NCBI GenBank assembly: GCA_001771135.1
Contig: MESW01000002.1
Location: 69,315-133,314, forward strand
DNA: 64,000 bases
Reading direction: 5' to 3'
Source: a candidate division CPR3 bacterium GWF2_35_18
GTDB taxonomy: Bacteria; Patescibacteriota; CPR3; GWF2-35-18
How positions within the stretch are numbered: the first letter of the stretch is position 1; each line of letters begins with the position of its first letter. Shown in pieces: positions 63,892 through 64,000 of the stretch. The notes beneath the pieces are model-generated. The model worked only from the letters and a program-made list of their open reading frames with translations. It searched no databases and was not told the origin of the DNA. The position numbers and the translations under genes are program-made.

Positions 63892-64000
63892 TTTTAAACC
63901 CCAAAGAAAAAGTAAAATTAGAATAGCAGTTATAATTAGGAATTGCTTGTTGAACTCAAATACATTGTTAGTTAAAGGTAAAAAGTAGAGTGGTAATGCG

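Overview
The window is a low-GC stretch from a reduced-genome bacterium, probably Patescibacteria/CPR-like. The evidence for that lineage guess is indirect: unlinked rRNA genes, tRNA-Ile(UAU), an ATP-dependent DNA ligase, an EndoQ-like nuclease, a compact split Pol I and an archaeal-type CoA-synthesis fusion. Layout from 5' to 3': (i) A minus-strand surface-glycan operon at 1339-8268 encodes sortase, a CpsB-type PHP tyrosine phosphatase, a fused Wzc-like BY-kinase, two paralogous DUF1972/GT4 glycosyltransferases, a radical-SAM enzyme and a Pf-type ferredoxin. A GT4 glycosyltransferase gene (123-1346) on the plus strand runs convergent to it. (ii) tRNA-Ile(UAU) at 8666-8740 is surrounded by half-tRNA fragment repeats. 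It is followed by a 1193-aa NHL-repeat/Ig-like LPXTG-anchored surface protein and a Xer-like tyrosine recombinase. (iii) Housekeeping and repair genes follow: ftsB-like, two tRNA(CAU), ftsH, split polA, GT4, fpg, recF, Fic, ATP-dependent ligase, EndoQ-like, pth, MGMT and others. (iv) A thiol-redox cluster comprises a Trx-CcdA fusion, ferredoxin, NUDIX and trxB. (v) An rRNA region consists of 16S with its own promoter and terminator, tRNA-Cys and tRNA-Ile(GAU). Four protein genes (NUDIX, RDD, a Gly-rich polytopic membrane protein, RDD) sit between these and tRNA-Ala, 23S and 5S. (vi) The remaining genes are GATase1, S1, radA, GT9, recR, GNAT, cysS, a PPAT/DUF359 fusion, cca, rpsF-ssb-rpsR, two uncharacterized co-transcribed proteins, ctpA, a promoter+hairpin mini-transcript, rho, LysM-M23 and an O-antigen-ligase/TPR membrane protein. 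No CRISPR array, transposase or obvious defense island was seen. The most unusual candidates are the sortase/BY-kinase/radical-SAM glycan operon next to its LPXTG substrate, the tRNA half-repeats, the split rRNA locus with embedded membrane genes, the rRNA-type promoter driving a roughly 40-nt hairpin RNA, and the unknown protein pair at 55018-57431.
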